From Desulfomonilia bacterium (GTDB lineage: Bacteria; Desulfobacterota; Desulfomonilia; UBA1062): DNA of 64,000 bases. Made by a program: the position numbers and the translations under genes. The notes under the pieces are model-generated. The model had not been told where the DNA came from and searched no databases. It worked only from the letters and a program-made list of their open reading frames with translations. Numbering within the stretch: the first letter of the stretch is position 1; each line of letters opens with the position of its first letter. The DNA is taken from contig CAXXDQ010000007.1 of the NCBI GenBank assembly GCA_963664325.2, positions 512,001 to 576,000 of the forward strand, given 5' to 3'. Below are positions 19,704 to 29,533 of this stretch, one piece after another.

Positions 19704-19818
19704 GAGAGCCGTTAAGTTGAAGCAGGAGCAAGTTATAAGAAGTCAGTAAAGATGATATTTTTCAAAAGGTCTTTATGTCGGCTACTGTTAACTGTCTCCT
19801 GACTGCCGGTTAATTAAG

Positions 19819-20508
19819 ATGAGAATCGCCCATCTGCAAAAAACCTCATTGATTGAATATCCGGGAAAGATATCGGCAGTCATATTCACTCAGGGCTGCA
19901 ATCTAAGATGTCCCTATTGCCATAACCCCGAACTTGTGAAACCGGAGTTGTTCACAACCCCTGTTCCCGAGAATGAAATCCTGACATTCCTTAATAAAAG
20001 AATGGGAAAACTCGATGGAGTCGTGATAACCGGCGGTGAACCTGCAATACAGAAAGGTCTGACTGATTTCATGCGCCAGGTCAAAGATATAGGTTTCCTT
20101 GTCAAGCTTGATACAAACGGGACAATTAACGGTGTCCTTGAAAATATTATCGAACAAAAGCTTGCCGATTACATAGCCATGGACATAAAAGGCCCGGCCG
20201 GCAAGTACTCCAGAATCGCCGGTGGATCTGTTGATATGGATGCGATATTAAAGAGCATCCGGCTGATAATGGATTCAGGCATCGATTATGAGTTCAGAAC
20301 GACCTGGGCAATGGAGCAGCTGACTGCAGAAGATATCATCGGATGCGCCATGCTGATTAAAAACGCAAAACGGTTTGTCATTCAGCGCTTCAATCCTTCA
20401 AAACATCTTGATCCTGACATGTTGAACTTCCATCCGCCTGCGGACAGCGCTGTCAGACAGGCTGCTAGTTCCGCCGGAGAACTGGTCAGAGAATGCATTA
20501 TCAGGTAG
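19819..20508 (+). CDS. nrdG: anaerobic RNR activating enzyme (radical SAM)
   Basis: GCNLRCPYCHN, TGGEP, KLDTNG and YEFRTT motifs; follows nrdD. Confidence 0.95.
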   Translation: MRIAHLQKTSLIEYPGKISAVIFTQGCNLRCPYCHNPELVKPELFTTPVPENEILTFLNKRMGKLDGVVITGGEPAIQKGLTDFMRQVKDIGFLVKLDTNGTINGVLENIIEQKLADYIAMDIKGPAGKYSRIAGGSVDMDAILKSIRLIMDSGIDYEFRTTWAMEQLTAEDIIGCAMLIKNAKRFVIQRFNPSKHLDPDMLNFHPPADSAVRQAASSAGELVRECIIR

Positions 20509-20613
20509 CCGCAGATCTGCCGGTTATTTTTAACACTTGTAAAAATATTGTGTTCTCAGGCCTATGCTCAAAATAAATCTTGAAATGGCCTTTTAAACAA
20601 TAGATAAAAGGAC

Positions 20614-21996
20614 ATGGACCCATTCATACACACGCTTTTATCACTTATCAACAACGTCGCAGTTATCGTTGTCATTGCCTATTTCCTGACCCGAAGCCAG
20701 CTTTTTATAAGGGCCATCGATAACAAAATGACATTGCAGGACAACCTGCTGATCATGCTTATATTCGGTCTGTTCTCCATATACGGTACATTGGGGGGCA
20801 TCTGGATTCTCGGGGGCATCGCCAACATCCGCGATCTCGGGCCGGCTATCGCCGGTCTTATGGCAGGCCCTGTTGTCGGTCTGGGCGCAGGCATAATAGG
20901 CGGCATACACCGCTATCTGCAGGGCGGATTCACAGCCGCAGCCTGTTCCATAGCGCCGTTTGCGGCAGGTCTTTTCGGAGGAATCCTGTTCCTGATTAAC
21001 CGCAGCAGATTCCCCGGCATGCTTCAGGCCGTTTTGTTGATGATCGCGATCGAATTGTTCCACATGGGACTCGCCCTCCTTATCAGTGCTCCCAGAGAGC
21101 AGGCAATACAGCTGGTCAAGAGCATAATAGTCCCCATGATATCAGCCAATGCTCTGGGCATGTGGTTTTACGCTTATATTATGGAAAATCTGCAAAGGGA
21201 GCATTCTCTGGAGAAGATCAGGCTCATGATGGAGGGAGAGCTTCGAGTGGCCCGGGATATCCAGATGAGCCTTGTGCCCAAGACCTTCCCGCCTGTACCC
21301 GTGAGGGATGAATTTTCTCTCTATGCCATACTGGAGCCGGCAAAAGAGGTTGGCGGAGACCTGTATGATTTTTATTTCACAGGGGAAGACCGCTTGTTTT
21401 TCATGATAGGCGATGTCTCCGGAAAAGGCATCCCGGCAGCGCTCTTCATGGCCGTCACAAGAACGGTCATGAAAGCCAAGATGAACCCGGACATGTGGCC
21501 CGGGCTGGTTGTAACCGAGGTCAATCAGGAATTGTGTGAGGGCAACGAGGCTACGATGTTCGTCACTGCATTCTGCGGTTTTCTGGATCTTAAAACCGGG
21601 GATGTTACATATATCAATGCAGGCCATAACCCTCCGGCCATTGTTAAAGCCGACGGTTCAGTTTCCTTCCTCAAGGTTATAACGGACCCTCCTTTGGGCA
21701 TCAGAGACGACATCAGCTACTCTGAAGGCATCTTACATCTGGAAATCGGCGACACTCTTATTCTCTACACTGATGGAGTGACCGAGGCCCTGAACAGGCA
21801 AGGCGGCTTTTTTTCCGAAGACAGCCTCATGAACGCTCTTAAGGGGACAGCCGGAATGCCGGTGCAGGACATCGTCAGCAGGATCAGGAATGCTGTTCAT
21901 ATCTTCATCGCCGGAAATGATCCTGCCGATGACATCACCCTTCTGGCTCTGAAATTAAAATCCCTCAAGGCCGTCAAACATATCCCTGAAGAATAG
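20614..21996 (+). CDS. 5TM-LYT (LytS/YhcK) sensor fused to a SpoIIE/PP2C phosphatase
   Basis: Hydrophobic N-terminus with ANIRD...GGIHRY; VGGDLYDF, DVSGKG, YTDGVTEA and DDIT motifs. Confidence 0.9.
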   Translation: MDPFIHTLLSLINNVAVIVVIAYFLTRSQLFIRAIDNKMTLQDNLLIMLIFGLFSIYGTLGGIWILGGIANIRDLGPAIAGLMAGPVVGLGAGIIGGIHRYLQGGFTAAACSIAPFAAGLFGGILFLINRSRFPGMLQAVLLMIAIELFHMGLALLISAPREQAIQLVKSIIVPMISANALGMWFYAYIMENLQREHSLEKIRLMMEGELRVARDIQMSLVPKTFPPVPVRDEFSLYAILEPAKEVGGDLYDFYFTGEDRLFFMIGDVSGKGIPAALFMAVTRTVMKAKMNPDMWPGLVVTEVNQELCEGNEATMFVTAFCGFLDLKTGDVTYINAGHNPPAIVKADGSVSFLKVITDPPLGIRDDISYSEGILHLEIGDTLILYTDGVTEALNRQGGFFSEDSLMNALKGTAGMPVQDIVSRIRNAVHIFIAGNDPADDITLLALKLKSLKAVKHIPEE

Positions 21997-22021
21997 AACC
22001 GGGCCGTTAAAGGATCAGACG

Positions 22022-23509
22022 CTAATCAGCCATCACGGTCTCAAGGCCGGTGATCGTATAGACAAATCTGACAGTCGTCTTCTCCTTTGGTTTCAGGCTT
22101 ATCTCCCAGTTGAGCATGCCATCATCGTCAGCCTTCGCAGCAGGGCTTGATTCTTTCAAATCTACTTTTATGCCCACTTCATCAGATACCGGAATCTGAT
22201 CCTTAAGCTTGAGCTCAACCTTTTTGTCCCTTGTATTTTCAATTGTTGTTATTATGGTCTTCGTTGATTTGTTTTTTCCCGTCAGTGTCTTTTCCTTGAA
22301 TGACTTTTCATTACGGTCGATCCTTATTCCTTCATCCCTGCCCAGATCGATCGAGATTTTCTCTCCGGGCTCAATAGTTTTCAGGTAGCCCTTGCCACAG
22401 TACTCCCCGTCTACAAAAGCCGTATAGTCACCCGCCATAAGCGGTGCACCGCCCTGCCAGACACCCGCGGCTCTCAGGTATGCAGCCTTGGATATTTTCG
22501 GCACGGCGGCTCTTGAAAATCCCGAGTCGATACGCTGTTTCATGAGGCTTACAACCCTTTGGCTTCCATCCCCCGGGATCGTTACATTCTTTGCAGCGCC
22601 GATAACATAGGAAGTCTCAGCCACTTTGATTGGAGGCGCATATTCCCTCTCTGTTCCGCCATCCATTTCAACAGCCGCCGGTGCTGAAACCTCGGCTTTC
22701 AGCATGTTTCTTTGAGGTCTTACCGGCGCAATATGCCATGGTGAAAGCTCTGGGGCCTGAATCCCGTATGAGGGCGAGCCTGTAGAGACAAGGACATCGT
22801 CGGCAGTTATGTCTGTTCCAGTCGACTGCCATATCCTTGCCTGGATTTCAATCAGAAGCACCTCTTTTGAGGGCCATGCCTGTACGGTGTATTCCGGCTT
22901 CCATCCCATATTTCTCACTGCGTAGGATATGTCTGCCGAACCGTTTGTTTCAATAATGATCCGGTATCCCTGGCGTTTTGAGACACCGCTTAACTGTGCC
23001 TCAAGTTCCCTGATCCGGGCTTTAAGGGCCATACGCTCATTTCCGAGTTTTATATGTTTTGAATTAAGCGCACCCACCTTATCATCAATGAAGGCAATTG
23101 ATTCGTTAAGGCGCGACCTCGGGAATGCCGCCTCTTTTTTCATCTCACCCGCAGTATCGTAGATAATTTCAATCTCTTTTTCTATGGTTTCCTGCTGGCG
23201 CTTTTTTAAAGACTGTTGAGTTTGCAGCAGGTCGATCTGATCCTGCATATCTCTGGCCTTGCCGGTAAGGCCGCTTCCCGGTCTGACTTCTATCGAGCGG
23301 ATTGTGCCGTTTCTTTGCGCAGGTTCTGCAATTATGGATTCCTGGACCAGCCCCTCAGGTACATCAATGGTTATAATGCCTGAGGCGGCCTCCTTCTGGA
23401 CTGTGATATATCCCGCGTCACGGTACAGGACAAGACGTTTCACACCTTCTGCCTCTGCAGAAGAATAAATTCCGAGAACAAAGATCGTCAGGATCATAAT
23501 TTTTTTCAT
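22022..23509 (-). CDS. DUF4140/DUF4139 (MuiA-like) exported protein
   Basis: Signal peptide, coiled coil, WKPEY, IWQSTG, IPGDG and LKDQIPVS. Confidence 0.8.
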   Translation of the reverse strand: MKKIMILTIFVLGIYSSAEAEGVKRLVLYRDAGYITVQKEAASGIITIDVPEGLVQESIIAEPAQRNGTIRSIEVRPGSGLTGKARDMQDQIDLLQTQQSLKKRQQETIEKEIEIIYDTAGEMKKEAAFPRSRLNESIAFIDDKVGALNSKHIKLGNERMALKARIRELEAQLSGVSKRQGYRIIIETNGSADISYAVRNMGWKPEYTVQAWPSKEVLLIEIQARIWQSTGTDITADDVLVSTGSPSYGIQAPELSPWHIAPVRPQRNMLKAEVSAPAAVEMDGGTEREYAPPIKVAETSYVIGAAKNVTIPGDGSQRVVSLMKQRIDSGFSRAAVPKISKAAYLRAAGVWQGGAPLMAGDYTAFVDGEYCGKGYLKTIEPGEKISIDLGRDEGIRIDRNEKSFKEKTLTGKNKSTKTIITTIENTRDKKVELKLKDQIPVSDEVGIKVDLKESSPAAKADDDGMLNWEISLKPKEKTTVRFVYTITGLETVMAD

Positions 23510-23577
23510 AACTTCCTCCCTGATGAATATTATCCAATATCAATCGCTTTGAAAACTACACGAGACTTACACAAAAA

Positions 23578-24483
23578 TCAAAGGCTCTGGATAATTTCAA
23601 GATTCGCCCTGAATTTTTCATACGGAATTCTTTCTATCGCAGTGCCTTTCCTCAATCTGGTAAAATCAGCCCTGTTCAAGCCTAAAAGCTCTCCACGGGA
23701 CAGTGAAGAGAGGCCGTTTTTATTCAGGAAGGCCGGCTCTCTTGCAAAAAAGGCATCCTTGTTCCATGGACAGGCTTCCTGGCAGATATCGCAGCCATAT
23801 GCAGTATGAGAATAATCTGCAGTTCTTTCAAACGGAATCCTGAAATCCTTATCCTCAATTGTCCAATATGATATGCATTTGCAGGCATTGATTGTCCTGT
23901 CATTATTGATGGCCTTGGTGGGACAGGCGTCAATGCATTCTGTGCAGTTTCCACACATGTCGCTGACCGGCTCATCGGGCTCAAATTCCATGTTGATTAT
24001 CAGCTCACCCAAAAAGAACCATGAGCCCAGGTCTGCATTTATCAAAAGCGAGTTCTTTCCGATCCATCCTGCTCCGGCGCCGGCAGCAATGGATTTTTCC
24101 GCAATGACCGATGAATCGACACAGGCCTTTGCACTTATTGCCGGGTTGCTTTCTTTTAAAAATGTCTTAATCCGTTCAAGTTTTTCTTTCAGGACATGGT
24201 GATAATCCTTCCCTGAGACATGCCTTGACATGAATCCCGATGGTATTCCCGTATTATAGCTTACTCCGATTGAAATCACCGTTTTTGCGCCGTCAAGCAT
24301 AAGGGCCGGATTAAACCGTTTGCCGATGCTGTGCTCAAGCCACTTCATTCCTGCATTGCAACCGTCCGCCATCCATTTTTTAAAACGGGTTTTTTCTTTT
24401 TCAAGTTCTTTGACATCGGAAAAACGTATCAAATCGATATTCAGTGATGATGCAAAATCTATTGTCTCCTGTTTCAGGCTCAT
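23578..24483 (-). CDS. queG: tRNA epoxyqueuosine(34) reductase
   Basis: DYH, GWIGKN, GSWFFLG, CGNCTECIDACP, CISYWTIE and GCDICQEACPWN motifs. Confidence 0.93.
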   Translation of the reverse strand: MSLKQETIDFASSLNIDLIRFSDVKELEKEKTRFKKWMADGCNAGMKWLEHSIGKRFNPALMLDGAKTVISIGVSYNTGIPSGFMSRHVSGKDYHHVLKEKLERIKTFLKESNPAISAKACVDSSVIAEKSIAAGAGAGWIGKNSLLINADLGSWFFLGELIINMEFEPDEPVSDMCGNCTECIDACPTKAINNDRTINACKCISYWTIEDKDFRIPFERTADYSHTAYGCDICQEACPWNKDAFFAREPAFLNKNGLSSLSRGELLGLNRADFTRLRKGTAIERIPYEKFRANLEIIQSL

Positions 24484-24577
24484 CAGGCTTTACCTTTTCG
24501 GAAAAACAATCCACCTTTCACAACCATTCAGGGCCGGCCTAATCTTGAACCGTCGTAAAACTATGGTGTATTCATTT

Positions 24578-25537
24578 TTACTGATTCGACAGCCGCTCCG
24601 TTTCTTCTTTGCCAGGCTTTTCTTTTCCGGCGATATCAGCATAACGTCCCTGTGGAAGCGGTGAAACACTTTTATCTGAAAGGGCTGCATCTGTGCTCTT
24701 GAAACTGAAGTACGTCGTCGCGGCAGGCTGTACCATAAATCCCTTGCATGAATAGACAGCCCTGTTAAAACCGGAAAGCATTGCGACCGTATCCATGACA
24801 ACGCTCGGAAAGAGCGCCTTTACAATTGGAGGCATAAAGACGGTCCAGGGTTTGCCAATGATTTTCCTGTTCTTTAAAACGCCGCTTACAACTGCATCAG
24901 CCATAGCTTCAGGTTTAAGGCCCGGCTGCCAGAAAGGCGTTCTCATGCCCTCAAACATGCCGGTTTTAATAAGATACGGACATACAACGGTTGTCCTGAC
25001 CTTTGAATTGTTGTTCCTGAGTTCGTTCCTGAGCGCTTCATTCAGTCCCATCAGCGCATGCTTCGTGGCACTGTACATCCCCATGCCAGGTATCGCCAGA
25101 AGGCCTGCCGAGGATGCTATGTTAACGATATGCCCTTCATTTCTTTTAACCATATCAGGGGCAAAGGCCTTAATCATCCACAGCGTTCCCATAAGGTTTA
25201 TTTCGACCTGCTTTATATGCATTTCATCAGGGATACTCAGGATCTCTCCTGTAAAAACCACTCCTGCATTGTTAATCAGGATATCAATTAATCCAGCTTC
25301 GCTTATTATTTCTTCAGCTGATGTATAAACAGCCTGCCTGTCCGAGATATCAAAGGCTCTGTCAAAAACAGCCGTTCCTTTTTGCCTGATCTCATCGGCT
25401 GTCCTTTCAAGTCCTGCCGCGTTCACATCGCAGATCACCAGTCTTGCGCCGAGTGCTGCAATCTTTTCGGCCATTAGCTTTCCTATTCCATGTGCGGCGC
25501 CAGTAATCAGGACTGTTTTATTTTTTAAATCGGTCAT
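24578..25537 (-). CDS. short-chain dehydrogenase/reductase
   Basis: TGAAHGIG, NNAG and YSATK motifs; about 50-aa C-terminal tail of uncertain status. Confidence 0.9.
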   Translation of the reverse strand: MTDLKNKTVLITGAAHGIGKLMAEKIAALGARLVICDVNAAGLERTADEIRQKGTAVFDRAFDISDRQAVYTSAEEIISEAGLIDILINNAGVVFTGEILSIPDEMHIKQVEINLMGTLWMIKAFAPDMVKRNEGHIVNIASSAGLLAIPGMGMYSATKHALMGLNEALRNELRNNNSKVRTTVVCPYLIKTGMFEGMRTPFWQPGLKPEAMADAVVSGVLKNRKIIGKPWTVFMPPIVKALFPSVVMDTVAMLSGFNRAVYSCKGFMVQPAATTYFSFKSTDAALSDKSVSPLPQGRYADIAGKEKPGKEETERLSNQ

Positions 25538-25619
25538 GTTACCCCCCCTAAAATAAAAAGCACTGTAAACTATAACAATTTTTTAAAGCGTTATCCACAC
25601 TTTTGTAAATCATTAAGTA

Positions 25620-27494
25620 TCAGCTGAATATTTTTGAAAGCACCCTGGTGAGTTCATGCACAGTGAACGGTTTGTTCAGGCTGCCTATGACGAGAGGATT
25701 TGAGGTGATCTCATTCAGTTCGTCACTTGCATGGAATCCTGTCGAAACAATAACCTTTTTATCGATCTTTTTGGTGTCCATCTCGGCCAGGGTGTGAAAA
25801 CCGTCAAGACCGGGCATTATCATGTCCAGGATTATAACATCGTATTTATTCCCATCCTGCAGAAGTAATTCAAGGCATTCGGTCCCGTTGCTGGCAGTGG
25901 TCACGTTATGGCCTATTGTTTCGAGAATTTCCCTTCCGATTTCCCTGATCATGGGTTCATCGTCGACAAGGAGAATACTGATTGCATTCGTTTTTTCTAT
26001 TGATGATTTCTCTTCACCTGCGTTTTCAGGAATTTCATCAGATGCGGGCAGGATTATGGTAAAGCGGGAGCCCTTCCCTTTTTCTGAGCTCACCTTAATA
26101 TTTCCTCCTGCATTTTTTACAACCGTATAGGTTATTGACAGACCGAGACCGGATCCCTCTTTTCTGTCTTTTGTGGTGAAGAACGGGTCGAATATGTTAC
26201 CGATAATCTCCTTCTCGATCCCGCATCCGTTATCCATGACATCAATCCTGATATAGCTTCCTGACTTCTGAAGCATATTGCGGCGTTTGGCCTGTTCGTC
26301 AACCCATACGTTCTGCGCATTAATGGTGATAAGACCGTCCTGCTTTTTTCCGATTGCATCACGGGCATTGATAATCAGGTTAAGCATCACCTGCGTAAAC
26401 TGGGTGAAATCCATCTTGAGGACCATATCATCCTGCGGGATTTCGAGCTCCAAACTGATGCTTTTCGGGATTGACCTTGAGGTTATATCGATTACTTCTT
26501 TAAGCGCCTTCCTGAGAGAAAAGCTCTGTGGATTCCCCCCTTTGTCGCTTGAGAGCATTAGAATCTGGGATATAAGGTCTTTCGCACGGTTTGTAATCTG
26601 ATCCATATTGTCGAGATATTTCTTTTTTTTCGATTCGTCGGACGACAGCCTCATCATGGCAATGTTGCCCACAATGCCAGTCAGGATATTATTGAAATCA
26701 TGTGCGAAGCCGCTCGCAAGAAGTCCGATGGTTTCCATTTTCTGGGCATGGATAAGTTCGGCCTGCATTTTCTTCTTTTCGGTTATATTGACAGCGGTTA
26801 TGGCCACCCCTCCCTTAGGGCTTGCCACAAGCGGATAAATTATAAGGTTGTATATATTACTGTCGGGAAAAATCTCGTCAATTAGATATTTCGAAGCCTT
26901 GTTTTCCAATGCCCAGTTTATCGCATCATTAAATTTCTCCATGAAAGGACAGACATCGATCAATCTCCTTCCTTCAAGCTCGCTTAACGGCACCTGCAGG
27001 ATACCCTCGGTAACCGGATTTGTAACCTCGACAAACCCGGAACTGTCCAGGCAGATTATCATGTTGGGACTTGATTCGATAATGCTCTTCAAATGGTTTT
27101 TCAGATCTAAAATGGTCTCCTGTGCTATTTTGAGATCGGTAATCAGCTGGGCGTTATACTGGATCTCGAGTATTTCCTCGCCCTCCCTTATTACGCTTCC
27201 GCTGGCAAGAAGATACCCGGTCTCACCTGTTTTACCAGTAACTGAAAGCTCATGCCTCGTTGTCTGACCGGTTAAAAGCTCTCTCCAGAAACTGAAAAAA
27301 TCATTCCTGCTCTCTGGTGAAGCAATCACAAGAATGCTTTTCCCGATCAACTCTTCCCTTGCGTAGCTCGAGACCTCCTCAACTTTCCTGTTAAGCTTTG
27401 TGATTATCCCGTTTTTATCGGTAGTAATGATAAGCTCATTGGCATTTTCGAAAAGCGCCTCATATCTTTGGATTCTCTGGTCAATATCATCCAT
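25620..27494 (-). CDS. PAS-containing hybrid histidine kinase/receiver
   Basis: AHDFNNIL, NLIINARDA, DNGCG, FFTTK and GSGLGL; receiver LLVDDE...LDMIMP. Confidence 0.93.
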   Translation of the reverse strand: MDDIDQRIQRYEALFENANELIITTDKNGIITKLNRKVEEVSSYAREELIGKSILVIASPESRNDFFSFWRELLTGQTTRHELSVTGKTGETGYLLASGSVIREGEEILEIQYNAQLITDLKIAQETILDLKNHLKSIIESSPNMIICLDSSGFVEVTNPVTEGILQVPLSELEGRRLIDVCPFMEKFNDAINWALENKASKYLIDEIFPDSNIYNLIIYPLVASPKGGVAITAVNITEKKKMQAELIHAQKMETIGLLASGFAHDFNNILTGIVGNIAMMRLSSDESKKKKYLDNMDQITNRAKDLISQILMLSSDKGGNPQSFSLRKALKEVIDITSRSIPKSISLELEIPQDDMVLKMDFTQFTQVMLNLIINARDAIGKKQDGLITINAQNVWVDEQAKRRNMLQKSGSYIRIDVMDNGCGIEKEIIGNIFDPFFTTKDRKEGSGLGLSITYTVVKNAGGNIKVSSEKGKGSRFTIILPASDEIPENAGEEKSSIEKTNAISILLVDDEPMIREIGREILETIGHNVTTASNGTECLELLLQDGNKYDVIILDMIMPGLDGFHTLAEMDTKKIDKKVIVSTGFHASDELNEITSNPLVIGSLNKPFTVHELTRVLSKIFS

Positions 27495-27720
27495 AAGTAA
27501 TTCATATCGGTGAATAATGACCAATACTTGAAATATTTCTGAATATTTTTTTTAAAAACTGCATGTTGCCCGAAAAAGCCATGAGAATATAAAAGTCAAA
27601 ACATTGAAATTAGTTTCTCCTGCCCAAGCCTTCATTCACGGCTCGGTTTTTGGACTTTGCGCCATTTTTTTACTCAAGATAAATCCAATTAATAACGATA
27701 CGTTTTTCTGGAGGGGCTGT

Positions 27721-28632
27721 TTGTCAGCAAAGGGAATACAGGAAATAACGGAACAGATGCAGAATATAATCCTGGGACAGGGCGATGTCGTCAGATATAT
27801 TCTTTGCGCCCTCTTTGCCGGGGGCAACGTCCTGCTCGAAGGGGTGCCCGGTGTCGGCAAAACGCTTATAGGACTGGCTCTTTCAAGGCTTCTCGATCTC
27901 AGTTTCAGGCGCATACAGTTCACAAACGACCTTCTGCCTTCAGACATAATGGGCTTTCATGATTTCAGGAAAGGCATCGGAGAACCAGAACTGGTCAAGG
28001 GTCCTGTTTTCGCAAGTATTGTTCTTGTGGATGAAATCAACCGTACTTCCCCCAAAACACAGTCGGCACTGCTTGAGGCAATGGAAGAGAGGCAGGTGAC
28101 AATCGACGGCATATCATATCCGCTGCCTGAACCCTTCATGGTTATAGCCACGCAAAATCCTGTTGAGGTTGCTGGCACGTTTCCTCTCCCTGAAAGCCAG
28201 CTTGACAGGTTCCTTTTAAAAATAAAGGTCGGCTACCCTCCGCTTGAACACGAAAAACAGATACTGCTCAGATCGATAGACCATAAAAAAGCCCTCAATT
28301 TGAAACCTGTTATCAGTACGGACTTGATTTCAGACATGATCATGCAGGCAGCCGGCATAAAGGTACATGACGATGTCCTGGGCTATATTACATCGATCAT
28401 ACGTGCTACACGGGTTCATCCGAAAATAGAACTCGGTGCTTCTCCCAGGGGGGGGCTGGCCCTTAAAAGGGCTTCACAGGCCTTTGCATTCATTTCAGAC
28501 AGGGATTTTGTCACTCCCGCAGACGTCAGAAAGGTAAGTGTCCCTGTCCTTGCCCACAGGGTTCTGACCCGTAGTGCAAGCCCTGAAAATGCAATAGAGG
28601 ATATACTGCATGAGGTGGAAGCGCCTCTATAA
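27721..28632 (+). CDS. MoxR family AAA+ ATPase
   Basis: EGVPGVGKT, RIQFT.DLLPSD, DEINR, ATQNP and LPESQLDRF; TTG start after GGAGG. Confidence 0.93.
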   Translation: MSAKGIQEITEQMQNIILGQGDVVRYILCALFAGGNVLLEGVPGVGKTLIGLALSRLLDLSFRRIQFTNDLLPSDIMGFHDFRKGIGEPELVKGPVFASIVLVDEINRTSPKTQSALLEAMEERQVTIDGISYPLPEPFMVIATQNPVEVAGTFPLPESQLDRFLLKIKVGYPPLEHEKQILLRSIDHKKALNLKPVISTDLISDMIMQAAGIKVHDDVLGYITSIIRATRVHPKIELGASPRGGLALKRASQAFAFISDRDFVTPADVRKVSVPVLAHRVLTRSASPENAIEDILHEVEAPL

Positions 28633-29533
28633 ATTACTCAGACCGCCCAGGGGGTTCAGGCTTACCAAGGCCGGCAGGGTTTTTTTTGTTTTCATGTTCG
28701 CCATAATAGTCGTGGCAATGATAACCGGAAACAACCTTCTGTTTCTTATCCTCGCTTTCATGCTCGCCTTCATGATCGTCTCGGGTGTCGAATCCGAAAG
28801 GAATCTTCGCCATCTTGAAATTGAACGCGTCATACAGACTGAAATCTTTGCAGGCATACCGGCAAGGATGGGCTACCATATCAAAAACGCCAGAAACGCT
28901 TCTGTCCGGCTGATCATCAGCGAACTCGGGAAAATCAACGTGGAAACCCTGCCGAAAGGTGCAGGAGAAGTCGTCTTTACTGAATACACCTTTTTAAAAA
29001 GGGGAAAAACCGGACTTGGCGAGATCAGGATATTCACTTCTTTCCCCTATGGCCTCTTTGAAAAATCAATAAGGTTTGACGCAAATGAAGACATATTTGT
29101 TTTTCCCAAACCCGTTGCCGTAACAAGAGCCGCGAGCTCAGGACTGGAAGGGATCGGCGAAGGACGTGCGGCAGACAGCATATCCCACACAAGGCCTTAT
29201 GTCCCGGGTGACCCAGGCACCCTGATCATCTGGAAAAAACTGCATCTGGGACTTCTTTCAAGGGTCGTTGAAGGAGGCTCCGGACTTAAGGGTGTTGTAG
29301 TAATATCGCCGGGAGGCAATCTTGAAGAAAAGCTGTCAAAAGCGACCTATCTGATCAGCGAGCTTTTTCTGAAAGGCGTGCAGTTCGGCCTTGCTGCCGG
29401 TTCATACTACAGCGGCCTGGCCGTAAGCAGGACGCACAAGATCGATATCCTGAAAAGGCTGGCCGTGATCGAACGTATAGGAGAACCGCCTGATGAAAGC
29501 CTCTATGGCAATGCAGCGCGCATTTATATCTGA
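28610..29533 (+). CDS. DUF58 domain membrane protein
   Basis: TGNNLL, FPYGLF and RPYVPGD...IIWK motifs; lies between moxR and a transglutaminase. Confidence 0.85.
   Translation: MRWKRLYKLLRPPRGFRLTKAGRVFFVFMFAIIVVAMITGNNLLFLILAFMLAFMIVSGVESERNLRHLEIERVIQTEIFAGIPARMGYHIKNARNASVRLIISELGKINVETLPKGAGEVVFTEYTFLKRGKTGLGEIRIFTSFPYGLFEKSIRFDANEDIFVFPKPVAVTRAASSGLEGIGEGRAADSISHTRPYVPGDPGTLIIWKKLHLGLLSRVVEGGSGLKGVVVISPGGNLEEKLSKATYLISELFLKGVQFGLAAGSYYSGLAVSRTHKIDILKRLAVIERIGEPPDESLYGNAARIYI

Noticed and set aside
24490-24801. 103-aa basic ORF overlapping the SDR 3' end
   Set aside because: No recognisable motif or RBS; probably a shadow ORF, although the SDR tail itself is uncertain.
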